NCBI GenBank assembly: GCA_963764165.1
Contig: CAVXRD010000001.1
Coordinates: 1,024,001 to 1,088,000 of the forward strand
Origin: an uncultured Verrucomicrobiae bacterium
Lineage (GTDB): Bacteria; Verrucomicrobiota; Verrucomicrobiia; Limisphaerales; Palsa-1400
Reading direction: 5' to 3'
DNA: 64,000 nucleotides
The stretch's first letter is position 1. Each line of letters opens with the position of its first letter. The notes below the pieces were generated by a model. That model was not told where the DNA came from. It ran no database searches and was given only the letters and a program-made list of their open reading frames with translations. This document shows, one piece after another, positions 1 through 10,117 of the stretch. The translations under genes were made by a program, and so were the position numbers.

Positions 1-499
1 CGAGCCGCACCCCTCGCAATTCCGCCACGCGCAATCCCGAGGCGTAGGCCAATTCCAAAATCGCCTGGTCGCAAAGGGAGGCGGGCGTGGCGGGTTCCTC
101 GGGCTGAAGCAGGCGGTCGATTTCGGAATTGGAAAGGGACTTGGGCAATCGCTTCCAGCGCCGCGGCAGCGAAAGATTTTCGGCGATGTTGCGCGGGAGA
201 AGTTTCTCCGCCTCGGCAAAATTGTAGAAGGCGCGCAGCGCGGCAATTTGCAGATAAACGCTTTCGGAACTGAGTTTGCGGGCGGGATTTTCCGGCTCGT
301 CCTTGAGCGGGCGCGCGCGTTCGAATTCGAGGAACGCCATCAAATCGGGAAGCTTGATGTCCGCCCAATTTGTGAAGCCGCGCTGCTCCGCCCATGCGAC
401 AAAGTTACGCAGAAGGAATTCGTAAGTCTTTTGAGTTTCCTCAGATTGCCCGCGCTCATGGCGCAGATAAACCAGAAAATCGCCGACTAGATTACGCAT
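1..499 (-). CDS. xerD: Site-specific tyrosine recombinase XerD, N-terminal part (runs off the window start)
   Basis: Manual translation from ATG at 499: MRNLVGDFLVYLRHERGQSEETQKTY...IAALRAFYNF...LPKSLS..EIDRLL...DQAILELAYASGLRVAEL (catalytic Arg box). Not in the ORF track because it is truncated. Confidence 0.88.
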   Translation of the reverse strand, partial: MRNLVGDFLVYLRHERGQSEETQKTYEFLLRNFVAWAEQRGFTNWADIKLPDLMAFLEFERARPLKDEPENPARKLSSESVYLQIAALRAFYNFAEAEKLLPRNIAENLSLPRRWKRLPKSLSNSEIDRLLQPEEPATPASLCDQAILELAYASGLRVAELRGVRL

Positions 500-505
500 T
501 TGACA

Positions 506-1040
506 GGCAGGGACGCCTCGCCGAGGCGTCCGGGGTGGGAATTCCCCAAACGAAATTCGTGCATTGAACCCATGAACTCGGCAGGGCGAGGCTCCCGCCG
601 AGCCATGCCTTGCTTAATCTTTGCACGCATCTGAGCCGGAGCGCGGCTGTGTCGAAGACCAGCCGCAGCCGTGTTAATACCGAGAGGCGCGCCGGTTCAC
701 TCGAACGCTGCTGCGGCTGGTCTTCGACACAGCCGCGCTCCGGCTTGGGGTTTGCGCAATCTCCGGCGGAGAGGAGCGCAAGACATGCCAAGAGCATGGC
801 TCGGCCGGAGCCTCGCCCCACCGTCTGCCTTGGTAAGTTCATGGGGAGGCATGATTGACGCGCAAACCCGGACGCCTCGGCGGAGATTGTCTCAAAACTA
901 CAAAATCCTCAAAGTGTGTCAATACTACGACTCTCTCATTTGCGATATGGCGCATTTTTATTTTCGGCGAGGGTGTTTTTGTGGTGCTTTTTAAAGCCAT
1001 TTTTGAGTTTTGAGACAGTCTCCGGCGAGGCGTCCCTACC
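506..1040. repeat. Composite nested REP-like palindromic element
   Basis: Perfect 36-bp inverted repeat 634-669/710-745. It is enclosed by near-perfect IR 579-608/794-823, then 569-578/836-845, then REP hairpins GGACGCCTCG(C/G)CGAGGCGTCC at 511-531 and 870-1040 (the latter interrupted). Confidence 0.9.
883..1022. mobile_element. 140-bp MITE (non-autonomous IS derivative) inserted in a REP hairpin
   Basis: 17-bp terminal inverted repeats GAGATTGTCTCAAAACT (883-899) / AGTTTTGAGACAGTCTC (1006-1022) with 1 mismatch; 5-bp direct repeat CGGCG at 878-882 and 1023-1027; AT-rich interior. Confidence 0.85.
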
Positions 1041-1060
1041 TGCTGGCGCGGGATTCATGA

Positions 1061-1951
1061 TTAAAGAGTTTTTCCCGTCAATCGCGCATACGCATCCAAA
1101 TATTTCTCGGTCGTGCGGGCGACGATGTCGGCGGGAAGCGCGGGAGCGGGCGGTTGTTTGTTCCACGAGAGCGTCTCCAGATAATCGCGGACGTATTGCT
1201 TGTCGAAACTCGGCTGGCTGCGGCCGACTTCATATTTGTCGGCGGGCCAGAAGCGCGACGAATCGGGAGTGACCACTTCGTCGATCAAAACAAGTTTGCC
1301 GTCAATGATGCCGAATTCGAATTTGGTGTCGGCGATGATGATGCCGCGCTGCAGGGCGTAATCGGCGGCGAAGGAATAAATCTTCAAGCTCAGCTCGCGC
1401 GCTTTTTCGGCGATGTCGCGGCCCGTCAATTCGCACGCCTGCTCGAAAGAGATGTTTTCGTCGTGGCCCGTTTCGGCTTTGGTGGCCGGGGTGAAAACGG
1501 GCTCCGGCAAACGAGACGAATCGCGCAAGCCCGCTGGAAGTTTGATGCCGCAGACCGCGCCGGTCTTCTGGTAATCTTTCCAGCCCGATCCCGTGAGATA
1601 ACCGCGCACGACGCATTCGATGGCGAGCGGCCTGGCTTTCTTGACGATCATGCTGCGGCGCCCGACCTGCGCGGCGAATGGCTGGAGCGCGGCGGGAAGC
1701 GGATCGCCCGCTTTGGCGGCTAGATGATTGGGGACGAGATGTTCGGTGCGGTCGAACCAGAAATAGGAAATCTGCGTGAGCACTTCGCCTTTGCGCGGGA
1801 TGCCGTTGGGCATGACGCAATCAAAGGCGGAAATTCGGTCGGAGGCGACGAACAAGAGATGTTCGCCCAGGTCAAAAATCTCGCGGACTTTGCCGCTCTT
1901 GATTTTTTTGATGCCGGGTATTTCGAGTGTGAGCAACGGTTCGTTTGTCAT
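1061..1951 (-). CDS. purC: Phosphoribosylaminoimidazolesuccinocarboxamide (SAICAR) synthase
   Basis: Motifs [58 protein letters not shown]. Confidence 0.97.
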   Translation of the reverse strand: MTNEPLLTLEIPGIKKIKSGKVREIFDLGEHLLFVASDRISAFDCVMPNGIPRKGEVLTQISYFWFDRTEHLVPNHLAAKAGDPLPAALQPFAAQVGRRSMIVKKARPLAIECVVRGYLTGSGWKDYQKTGAVCGIKLPAGLRDSSRLPEPVFTPATKAETGHDENISFEQACELTGRDIAEKARELSLKIYSFAADYALQRGIIIADTKFEFGIIDGKLVLIDEVVTPDSSRFWPADKYEVGRSQPSFDKQYVRDYLETLSWNKQPPAPALPADIVARTTEKYLDAYARLTGKTL

Positions 1952-2005
1952 GGCTGGGAAAAAATACCGGCCACAATGGAAGATGAAAGAATAATTTTTT
2001 CAGGA

Positions 2006-2098
2006 GGTAGCGCCTCGCCGAGGCGTCTGAGGCCGTGGCGTTTTTCGAACGCGTTCGGACTTGCGAGAGTCCCCGGACGCCGCGGCGAGGCGCTACCA
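2006..2098. repeat. REP-like inverted pair
   Basis: GGTAGCGCCTCGCCGAGGCGTC ... GGACGCCGCGGCGAGGCGCTACC; GTAG-flanked hairpins related to those at 511 and 870-1040. Confidence 0.75.
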
Positions 2099-2103
2099 TC
2101 TTG

Positions 2104-2919
2104 TCATGTGCTTGCGGCGTTTCGGTTTGAGCGTGCCGCCATGACGAACAACGGAAGGTGCAGCGCTGTCAATACCAACATCGGAAGAGTCGCCTTCATC
2201 CCAAATCCAGCCCAAAACCACGCTGCGCTGACAAAAAGATTTCCAGCCACCGAAATCATCATGCGGAACCGTTCATTCGCTTGGAAAAGTCTTTGCGTGG
2301 CGACCATCGCGGTGAACCACGCCAGCAAGATTAGAAACCCGATTTCCTTCGCATCCCCTTGCCAATACACTCCAAAATATTCCCGGCTCACGAAGAAACC
2401 CGAGATCATTCCCGCCGCCATCATCGCAAATCCAACCGTCGAAAACTGGGCGACGGCTCGGCTCAGGGAGGATTCGCGGCGGACGGAAAGCACATCGCGT
2501 TTTGCCAGGAATACCCAGCAGATTCCCCATGCTCCGAGCAGAAATCCCGTAAAACAGGCCGCCGTGACGGTGAAGATGTGGAAGCTAACGAGAGCGGTGT
2601 GCTTCGATGCAATCATGTCCACTGCCATCCCAATCGCGCAGAATGCCCACAGCGCCAGCCCGATTCGCACCGGCAGGATGTGCTGGGTTGAAAGTTTCTT
2701 GAATTCGTTTCGCACAAGCGCGGCACTGCCAACTTCAGCCACCGCCAGCCGGAAACTCTCCAGCGGCGATTTGCCTGACGCAATGCGCGCCGCAAAATCT
2801 TCGCGCAGATGGCTCTCTAGTTCCACCAGCGCGGACGCGTTTTTCAGGCCCGCCTTGCGCAATTGCTCGCGCCATTCAGCCACCGATTTTTCCAAATTGA
2901 AGTTCGTCTCGTTCGTCAT
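2104..2919 (-). CDS. Membrane protein with N-terminal 'permease prefix' domain and CcsA/CcmC-like TM region
   Basis: N-terminus FNLEKSVAEWR...ELESHLRE...AVAEVG...EFKK, then several TM helices, a His in FHIF and a degenerate WWD-like motif GVYWQGDAKE. Confidence 0.65.
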   Translation of the reverse strand: MTNETNFNLEKSVAEWREQLRKAGLKNASALVELESHLREDFAARIASGKSPLESFRLAVAEVGSAALVRNEFKKLSTQHILPVRIGLALWAFCAIGMAVDMIASKHTALVSFHIFTVTAACFTGFLLGAWGICWVFLAKRDVLSVRRESSLSRAVAQFSTVGFAMMAAGMISGFFVSREYFGVYWQGDAKEIGFLILLAWFTAMVATQRLFQANERFRMMISVAGNLFVSAAWFWAGFGMKATLPMLVLTALHLPLFVMAARSNRNAAST

Positions 2920-2927
2920 GACTCAAG

Positions 2928-2956
2928 ACAATACATTGTGACGCTATGTATGTCAA
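2928..2956 (-). promoter_or_regulatory. Sigma70-type promoter with a palindromic operator in the spacer; leaderless transcript
   Basis: Minus strand TTGACA-17 nt-TATTGT, with ATG 8 nt downstream of the -10. The spacer carries the imperfect palindrome ATACATAGcgtcaCAATGTAT (2931-2951). Confidence 0.7.
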
Positions 2957-3007
2957 CACCTTTGAATTTTGTCGTCAAATTCGCGGCATATTGGTAACCT
3001 CGCGGCC

Positions 3008-3739
3008 ATGGAAACGCTGTTATCCGCCAAGTCTATTCCGCCCCGCGAACGGCTCATCGTCGCACTCGACGTCGCCACCGGGGATATTGCCAAGAAGCTC
3101 GTCACCGAGCTGGGTGATTCCGTTTCATTCTACAAAGTCGGCCTGGAAATGCTGATGTCCGGCGACTTCTTTGATCTGGTCAAATGGCTGCGCGAACGCA
3201 ACAAGCTCGTGTTCGCTGACATCAAATTTTTCGACGTCCCGGAGACTGTCAAAAAGGCCGTGGCGCAAATGACGAAGCTCGGCGTGACCTTCGCGACCGC
3301 GCATGGCAATGACGACATCCTGCGCGCGGTGGTGGAAGTCAAAGGCGATCTCAAAGTGCTGGCCGTCACAGTGCTGACCAGCCTCGACCGCAACGACATG
3401 ACCGACCTCGGTTTCACCTGCGACATCGAGGCGCTGGTGCTTTCGCGTGCGAAGCGCGCGCTTGCGCTTGGTTGCGATGGCGTGATTTCCTCCGGCTTGG
3501 AAGTCTCGAAGCTGCGCCAATCGGTGGACAAAAAATTGATTATTGTCACGCCGGGCATTCGCGCGTTTTCGAATTTCGCCAGCAAGGATGATCAGAAGCG
3601 CACGGTTACGGCGGAGGACGCGTTTTCGTTCGGGGCGGATTATATCGTGGTGGGACGCCCGATCACCAAGGCTGAACAGCCGCGCGCCCAAGCTGAGCAG
3701 ATTCAGGAATCCATCGCGAAAATCTTTGGGGCGAAATAG
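3008..3739 (+). CDS. pyrF: Orotidine-5'-phosphate decarboxylase
   Basis: RLIVALD, FYKVGLE, FADIKFFDVPETV (DxKxxD), AVTVLTS, IVTPGIR, DDQKR, YIVVGRPI. Confidence 0.97.
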   Translation: METLLSAKSIPPRERLIVALDVATGDIAKKLVTELGDSVSFYKVGLEMLMSGDFFDLVKWLRERNKLVFADIKFFDVPETVKKAVAQMTKLGVTFATAHGNDDILRAVVEVKGDLKVLAVTVLTSLDRNDMTDLGFTCDIEALVLSRAKRALALGCDGVISSGLEVSKLRQSVDKKLIIVTPGIRAFSNFASKDDQKRTVTAEDAFSFGADYIVVGRPITKAEQPRAQAEQIQESIAKIFGAK

Positions 3740-3749
3740 CACGCGGACT

Positions 3750-4493
3750 TCAATTCAAGGACGCGGTTGAACCGCCCTTCACTTTGTTGGCGATCCACCG
3801 ATCGTAGCCGTAGGTGAACATCTCGAATAGAAAGAGATTGGTCTGTTCGGGAGCGCTTGAAGTCGATTGCCCGCAATAACGAACCATCCACGCCTCCATG
3901 AATCGGCCCGCCTTGGTGTGAACGGGCACCTGGCAGGCTAGTTTCATCGCCATAAGCGTGCGGCGTTCCTTGTCCGCGAGAAACAAAATCGCCCTGCGCA
4001 ATTTATCCACGGTATCCGCGGAATCGGCCAGATTCGGCGCGCCGCCCACTTGCGCAAACGCGCGTCCCACATCGTCCGCCGAGAATCGAAGCGGCGCAAA
4101 ACACTCGTCGGCAAAGACCTGTTTTGCCAATCCAGTCGCCGCCTTTTCGTCGGCCAGCACTTTCGAGAATTCCTCCGCATGCGATTCGAGCGCGGCGGTG
4201 GCGGCATCGATTTCGCTCTGCTGCTCGATAAAATCCGCGATGGCTTCCGTCCGGAAGACAAGTTTTTTTGCTTCCGGCGCGCCACTGTCGCGCAGCTTCC
4301 TGGCCATCTCGCGGAGCGCGGCCGGATTCAAGTTTTCGGGAGGCGGCGAAGAATCCGCAGCAGGCGCGGACAAGGGAGTCGAAACCGGAGTGGGCGCGGG
4401 GTTCTCGTGGTGCTCCAATGGCAAGTGGCAGTTCTTGTATTTCTTGCCGCTGCCGCAGTGGCAGGGATCGTTGCGGCCTGGTTTGGTGCTCAT
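3750..4493 (-). CDS. SEC-C metal-binding motif protein
   Basis: Begins MSTKPGRNDPCHCGSGKKYKNCH; start reassigned to the ATG at 4493. Confidence 0.8.
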   Translation of the reverse strand: MSTKPGRNDPCHCGSGKKYKNCHLPLEHHENPAPTPVSTPLSAPAADSSPPPENLNPAALREMARKLRDSGAPEAKKLVFRTEAIADFIEQQSEIDAATAALESHAEEFSKVLADEKAATGLAKQVFADECFAPLRFSADDVGRAFAQVGGAPNLADSADTVDKLRRAILFLADKERRTLMAMKLACQVPVHTKAGRFMEAWMVRYCGQSTSSAPEQTNLFLFEMFTYGYDRWIANKVKGGSTASLN

Positions 4494-4519
4494 ATCAGTT
4501 TTGAATTGTGATGCGCTCA

Positions 4520-5269
4520 TCAGGCAACTCCAGCCGACGGTTTTCCCGGCCGGGGGGAGCGGCGCATCCCGTTTTGGAACCAGAGCCGCCAGACCATCCC
4601 CAGGGCTTCCCAAACTATTTTGCGCGACATGTTGGAGGTTCCGAGGACGCGGTCGGTGAAGATGATCGGGATTTCCACCACCTTCAGGCCCTGACGCCAG
4701 ATTTTGTGGGTCAATTCGATTTGGAAACTGTAGCCGTTGGAACGCACCGCATCCAGTTGAATCGAGGCCAGGGCCGCGCGGCGAAAGCATTTATAGCCAC
4801 CGGTCGGATCCGTAAACGGCATGCCGGTGATGATCGCCACATAACGGGCCGCGCTCGTGCTCAGCAGGAGCCGGTTCAAGGGCCAGTTGATCACGCGGAT
4901 GCCGTTGCAATAGCGCGATCCCAAAACCAGGTCGGCGGTTTTTGCGGCCTCAACGAAGCGCGGGATGTCGCCCGGATCGTGGGAAAAATCGCAATCCATC
5001 TCCATGATGGTTTCGTAACTGCGCTCCAGCGCCCACTTGAATCCGGCGCAATAGGCCCGGCCCAAGCCGTCCTTCTCCGAGCGATGCAGCACTTTGACGA
5101 AAGGAAATTTTGTGGCGAGTTCGTCCGCCAGCTTGCCCGTGCCATCGGGCGAATTGTCATCAACCACGAGCACATCCACGGCAACGGGCAATTGTGCCAG
5201 CCGATAAATCATGGCTGGCAGGTTCTCCCGCTCATTGTAGGTCGGGACAATAACCAATGTGCTGTTCAT
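4520..5269 (-). CDS. Polyprenol monophosphomannose synthase (DPM1-like GT2)
   Basis: VIVPTYNERENL, VVDDNSPDGTG, GLGRAY, EMDCDFSHDP, VLGSRY, SNGYSFQIE. Confidence 0.93.
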   Translation of the reverse strand: MNSTLVIVPTYNERENLPAMIYRLAQLPVAVDVLVVDDNSPDGTGKLADELATKFPFVKVLHRSEKDGLGRAYCAGFKWALERSYETIMEMDCDFSHDPGDIPRFVEAAKTADLVLGSRYCNGIRVINWPLNRLLLSTSAARYVAIITGMPFTDPTGGYKCFRRAALASIQLDAVRSNGYSFQIELTHKIWRQGLKVVEIPIIFTDRVLGTSNMSRKIVWEALGMVWRLWFQNGMRRSPRPGKPSAGVA

Positions 5270-5506
5270 CTAAAATTTGCGTTTTTTAACGCGCCCGTTG
5301 CAAAGCCACGGCAAACGAAAGTCATCCTCGTCTGCCTGTACGGGCGCCCTAAAAATCATCCCGCGGCCAGCGCGGAAAACTAAGCTGAATTCGTGCCAAA
5401 ATTCAAGGCGCAAAAATCTGCGGCTATTGACGAATCGAACTCTTTGGGCCAATTTCCCGCATTCGACGGTGGGACGGCGATGATTGCCTTTCACCACAAA
5501 ATTTGC

Positions 5507-8302
5507 ATGGGAAAATCGCTTATCATAGCCGAAAAACCCTCCGTTGCCGCGGATATTGCCAAGGCGCTGGGAGGCTTTTCGAAGGCAAACGACTGCTTCG
5601 AAAGTGACAAATTCGTCCTTTCGTCGGCGGTCGGCCATTTGCTTGAGCTTTGCCTGCCCGAGGGGGCGGAAGTCAAAAAGGGCAAATGGAGTTTTGCCAA
5701 TCTGCCGGTCGTGCCGGATCATTTTGACCTGCGGCCCATCGAAAAGACCGAGAGCCGGCTGAAAGAGCTGCTTCGCCTCATCAAGCGAAAAGATGTCGAT
5801 GGCTTGATCAACGCTTGCGACGCCGGGCGCGAAGGCGAACTTATTTTCCGCTACATTGTCCAACACGCCAAGGCGAAGCAGCCGATCCAACGGCTCTGGC
5901 TGCAATCGATGACGCCCGCCTCCATCCGGCAGGGCTTCGCCTCGCTGCGGGACGATCGTTCCATGAAACCGCTGGCGGACGCGGCGGTTTGCCGGTCGGA
6001 ATCCGATTGGCTGGTGGGCATCAACGGCACCCGGGCCATGACCGCATTCAATTCCAAAACCGGCGGATTTCATCTGACGACGGTTGGACGGGTGCAGACG
6101 CCGACGCTGGCCATCGTGGTGGAACGCGAAGAGAAAATTCGCAAGTTCGTGCCGCGGGATTATTGCGAATTGCACGCCACCTTTGCCGCAAAAGCTGGCG
6201 AATATCTCGGCCGATGGATCGACGAAAAGTTCACGCGCGACCCAAAAAATCCGGATCCTGACCTGCGGCCCGAACGCATCCTGGATCGCGCCAAGGCCGA
6301 GGCGATTCGGGCCAAATGCATTGGCCAGCCCGGCATTGTCACCGAGGAAAGCAAGCCAGCCACCCAGCTTTCCCCGCTGTTGTTCGACTTGACAAGCTTG
6401 CAGCGGGAGGCCAACGGTCGATTCGGTTTTTCGGCCAAGAACACCCTTGGACTGGCCCAGGCCCTTTACGAGCGGCACAAGGTGCTGACCTATCCGCGAA
6501 CCGATTCGCGCTGCCTGCCCGAGGATTATCTGGCGACCGTGCGCGAGACATTGCAGATGATGGGCGGGACGAATTACGGGACGTTTGCGGGCGAAATTTT
6601 GCGCCAGCAATGGGTGCGGCCCAACAAGCGCATTTTCAACAACGCCAAAATCTCCGACCACTTTGCCATCGTCCCCACCGCGCTTGAGCCGAAAGGCCTG
6701 AGCGAGCCCGAGCAGAAATTGTACGACATGGTGGCCAAGCGGTTCCTCGCGGTGTTTTATCCGGCGGCGGAATTTCTCGTCACCACGCGCATCACCCGGG
6801 TGAAGGAAGAGCCGTACAAATCTGAAGGCAAAGTGATGTTGAACGCGGGATGGATGGCCATCTACGGACGCGAAGCGGAAGGTGATGATTCGACGCCGCG
6901 CCTTTCCCCGGTGCAAGCAGGCGAAACAGTGCAGACGACCAAAATCGATCTCATCGCCACACAGACCAAACCGCCCGCGCGCTACACGGAAGCGACGCTG
7001 CTTTCCGCGATGGAAGGCGCCGGCAAATTGGTCGAGGACGAGGAATTGCGCGAAGCCATGAGCGAGAAGGGGCTTGGCACGCCCGCAACCCGCGCCTCGA
7101 TTATCGAAGGTTTGATTTACGAGAAGTATATTCTGCGCGAAGCCCGCGAATTGCAGCCTACGGCGAAAGCGTTTTCGCTCATCACGCTGCTGCGCGGATT
7201 GAATATTCCCGAACTTTCCTCGCCGGAATTGACCGGCAATTGGGAATTCAAGCTCAAGCAAATGGAGCGCGGCGAACTGGATCGGGCGGAATTCATGCGG
7301 CAGATCGAGGAGATGACGCGCCAAATCGTGGCCAAAACAAAGAACCACGAGAGCGACACCGTTCCCGGCGATTTCGGCGAATTGAAAACGCCGTGCCCGA
7401 AATGCGGCGGCGTGATCCGCGAAAATTACAAAAAATACCAGTGCCAGAAGTGCGACTTCGCCCTCTGGAAAATCGTGGCTGGCCGCCAGTTTGAGATCAG
7501 CGAGATCGAAGAATTGATCTCGAAGCGCGAGGTGGGACCGCTGCAGGGATTCCGCAGCAAAGCCGGCTGGCCCTTCGCGGCCATCGTCAAATTGACGCCG
7601 GAATTGAAACCGGAATTTGACTTTGGCCAGCAGCAAAACGGCGAAGGCAAGGAAGGCGACGCGGTCGATTTGACAGGGAAGGAAAAGATTGGAACATGCC
7701 CTATCTGCGGCACGGATGTCTACGATCTCGGCATGAATTATTCGTGCGAAAAAGCCGCGCACCGCAAAGGCTGCAAATTCCGTGTGAGCAAAATCATTTT
7801 GCAGCAGCCGGTGGAAAAAGAGCAGGTGCAGAAAATCCTCACGCAGGGGAAAACGGATTTGCTGACGAAGTTCATTTCCAAAAAAGGCCGGCCCTTCAAG
7901 GCCTTCCTCGTTTTGGACAAGGAAAAGCAATCCGTCGGATTCGAATTCGAGCCCCGGGCCAAAAAAGGCACAGGTCCCGCCAAAGCCAAAACCCCCGCGC
8001 CCAAATTGGATCTCACCAACGCTGAGGAGGTCGCCAAATGCCCCGTCTGCGGCGGCCGCGTGCTTGATGCGGGCAGCGATTACATTTGCGAAAAATCGCA
8101 GGCGGAAAAGAAGCGCTGCAAATTCAAAATGGGCAAGGTGATTTTGCAGCAGCCTATCGACCGCGAGCAGGTGCAGAAATTGGCCACCAAAGGCCGCACC
8201 GATTTGCTGACCAACTTTATTTCCAAAGCCGGCCGCCCGTTCTCGGCCTTCCTCGTTCTCGGCGACGACCAGAAGGTCACTTTCGAATTTCAGCAGAAGT
8301 AA
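5507..8302 (+). CDS. topB: DNA topoisomerase III (type IA) with C-terminal Zn-ribbon/repeat domains
   Basis: LIIAEKPSVA, NACDAGREGELIF, GRVQTPTL, TYPRTDS (catalytic Tyr), GLGTPATRA, repeated KTDLL..FISK.GRPF.AFL units. Confidence 0.93.
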   Translation: MGKSLIIAEKPSVAADIAKALGGFSKANDCFESDKFVLSSAVGHLLELCLPEGAEVKKGKWSFANLPVVPDHFDLRPIEKTESRLKELLRLIKRKDVDGLINACDAGREGELIFRYIVQHAKAKQPIQRLWLQSMTPASIRQGFASLRDDRSMKPLADAAVCRSESDWLVGINGTRAMTAFNSKTGGFHLTTVGRVQTPTLAIVVEREEKIRKFVPRDYCELHATFAAKAGEYLGRWIDEKFTRDPKNPDPDLRPERILDRAKAEAIRAKCIGQPGIVTEESKPATQLSPLLFDLTSLQREANGRFGFSAKNTLGLAQALYERHKVLTYPRTDSRCLPEDYLATVRETLQMMGGTNYGTFAGEILRQQWVRPNKRIFNNAKISDHFAIVPTALEPKGLSEPEQKLYDMVAKRFLAVFYPAAEFLVTTRITRVKEEPYKSEGKVMLNAGWMAIYGREAEGDDSTPRLSPVQAGETVQTTKIDLIATQTKPPARYTEATLLSAMEGAGKLVEDEELREAMSEKGLGTPATRASIIEGLIYEKYILREARELQPTAKAFSLITLLRGLNIPELSSPELTGNWEFKLKQMERGELDRAEFMRQIEEMTRQIVAKTKNHESDTVPGDFGELKTPCPKCGGVIRENYKKYQCQKCDFALWKIVAGRQFEISEIEELISKREVGPLQGFRSKAGWPFAAIVKLTPELKPEFDFGQQQNGEGKEGDAVDLTGKEKIGTCPICGTDVYDLGMNYSCEKAAHRKGCKFRVSKIILQQPVEKEQVQKILTQGKTDLLTKFISKKGRPFKAFLVLDKEKQSVGFEFEPRAKKGTGPAKAKTPAPKLDLTNAEEVAKCPVCGGRVLDAGSDYICEKSQAEKKRCKFKMGKVILQQPIDREQVQKLATKGRTDLLTNFISKAGRPFSAFLVLGDDQKVTFEFQQK

Positions 8303-8649
8303 TGGGTTCATTTTACCAGGGCGAATCAAGGGCGATATCACACGCATCGTCCCCAGGCTGCCGGAGGGAAAAGAACTTTCGCGAAGAGAAGGACGAGTGC
8401 GCGGAGGAACACAAAGACAAGTCCGCGCTCCACTGAAAAACACGGAGGATGCTGCGTGCTGACCCAAGAAAAACGCCGACGCGTCCAATCACGCCAGATT
8501 TTCATGAAAAGGCGGAGCGGATGTGAATGGAGGGCCGTCTGCGGCGGCAAGAGACGCCTCGGCGCGGCCTCTGCCGTCGAACGGGCTGCGCGTGCACTTC
8601 CGTCCCGAAAAAGATTGCTGGGGCGCATCGCGCCTTCTAAGGTCATGAC

Positions 8650-9432
8650 GTGGCGGTTCAACTGACCATTCTGGGGAGCGGTTCGGCGGGCAATTGCGCT
8701 TATCTTGAAACAAATGAGGCGCGCCTCCTCGTGGACGCCGGGCTGACGGGACGCCAAATTCGTGCGCGCATGGCGACGATTGCGCGCGCCCCCGAGACGC
8801 TGACCGGCATCCTCATCACCCACGAGCATTCCGACCACATTTCGGGACTTGCGGGCTTGGCGGCGAAATTGGATGTGCCCATTTACTGCAACCGCGAAAC
8901 AAAAAGCGCCATCGAGGCGCAATTAAAAACCCAGATCAAGGCGCATGTGTTCGCCACGGGCGATTCCTTTGAAGTGGGCGATGTCACGGTTGAAACGTTC
9001 TCCATCCCGCACGACGCCATTGATCCGGTCGGATACATGGTGCGCACCGTTTCGGGAAATATTGGGTTCCTTACCGACCTCGGGCATGCGACGAAAATGG
9101 TGGTGGAACGGGTGCGTTGCGCGAACGTGCTTTTGCTGGAGGCGAACCACGACGTGAAGATGCTGCAGGACTGTCCGCGCCGCCCGTGGAGTCTCAAGCA
9201 GCGCATCTTGAGCCGCCACGGTCATCTTTCCAACGAGAGCGCCGCCGAGGTCGCCGCTCAGATCCTTTCGGCGGATTTGCGCCGGTTGTATCTCGGCCAT
9301 TTGAGCCGCGATTGCAACCGGCCGGAGCTGGCCCATAAAGCGGTGAGTTCGCGATTGGCCCAAATGGGCGCCACGCATGTGTGGATTGAAGCTGCCTCGC
9401 AAGATATTCCCTGTACAACATTCACTCTTTGA
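8650..9432 (+). CDS. MBL-fold metallo-hydrolase (YycJ/WalJ-like)
   Basis: LGSGSAGN, THEHSDH, PHDA, TDLG, EANHD, GHLSN, GHLSRDCN. Confidence 0.9.
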   Translation: MAVQLTILGSGSAGNCAYLETNEARLLVDAGLTGRQIRARMATIARAPETLTGILITHEHSDHISGLAGLAAKLDVPIYCNRETKSAIEAQLKTQIKAHVFATGDSFEVGDVTVETFSIPHDAIDPVGYMVRTVSGNIGFLTDLGHATKMVVERVRCANVLLLEANHDVKMLQDCPRRPWSLKQRILSRHGHLSNESAAEVAAQILSADLRRLYLGHLSRDCNRPELAHKAVSSRLAQMGATHVWIEAASQDIPCTTFTL

Positions 9433-10117
9433 TTTTGGGTTCGTCGACAATTTCCGTGGAATAGCAATGTCAAATCTGACTCATATCGGCAAGGAAACTC
9501 AGTGCAGCAGAGGAATCAGACCAGCATAATCGCATTTTTCGGCTTCACGGTTCTGAATTCGAAGACGGGTTGCCCACGTAGCGCATATTTGAAGTTGCCC
9601 GATCGCAAGCGAGGCCCCGTCTTTGGGGCATGGTTCCCGGCAACCTGCTCTGAAAATGGATCACGTGAAGGAAATTCCAATATGTCATTATGTTGATCTG
9701 ACCCGTCTGGTGGACCGCAAGCACTGCAATGCTTCTATTACCGGCTGTTCACCGATTTAAATGGGCATTTATGACAAGGCAAAATTTGGATTTTGTTATA
9801 CACTTGCGTGTTTAACAATAATTGTTGGGTGTAATGAGAAAACGCTGACGACTGGAGAGAAAATGGTTTCGTCGTTTTCAAATTCTATGTCCTACGATCA
9901 GGTGAAGGTGCTCTTAGCCAGTAACTCATATCAGTCTCAGATTATAGACAAGGAGTTATCTAAAGGTGCGTCTTTATTGGTTATATCCGTCACTAACTAT
10001 CGACTTTATGAGATCAATGGCACCCTTGATTGCAGCTTCTTCAAAGATCGATTATGGTCCGTCAATTTTACTCCAGCCCATGAGCAGGATATGAAAACAC
10101 TTCAAATGCAAGTCTTT

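Noticed and set aside
492..1272. Short ORFs at 492-1272 and their look-alikes at 29574-29895
   Set aside because: Their similarity (RSAAVSKTSRSR..GWSSTQPRSG) comes from translating the REP palindrome, not from a gene family.
5270..8488. 1072-aa minus-strand ORF
   Set aside because: Antisense shadow of topB in a GC-rich genome; no recognisable motifs.
9502..9696. 64-aa ORF upstream of the disrupted lipoprotein
   Set aside because: No motif or clear RBS; cannot be supported as a gene.
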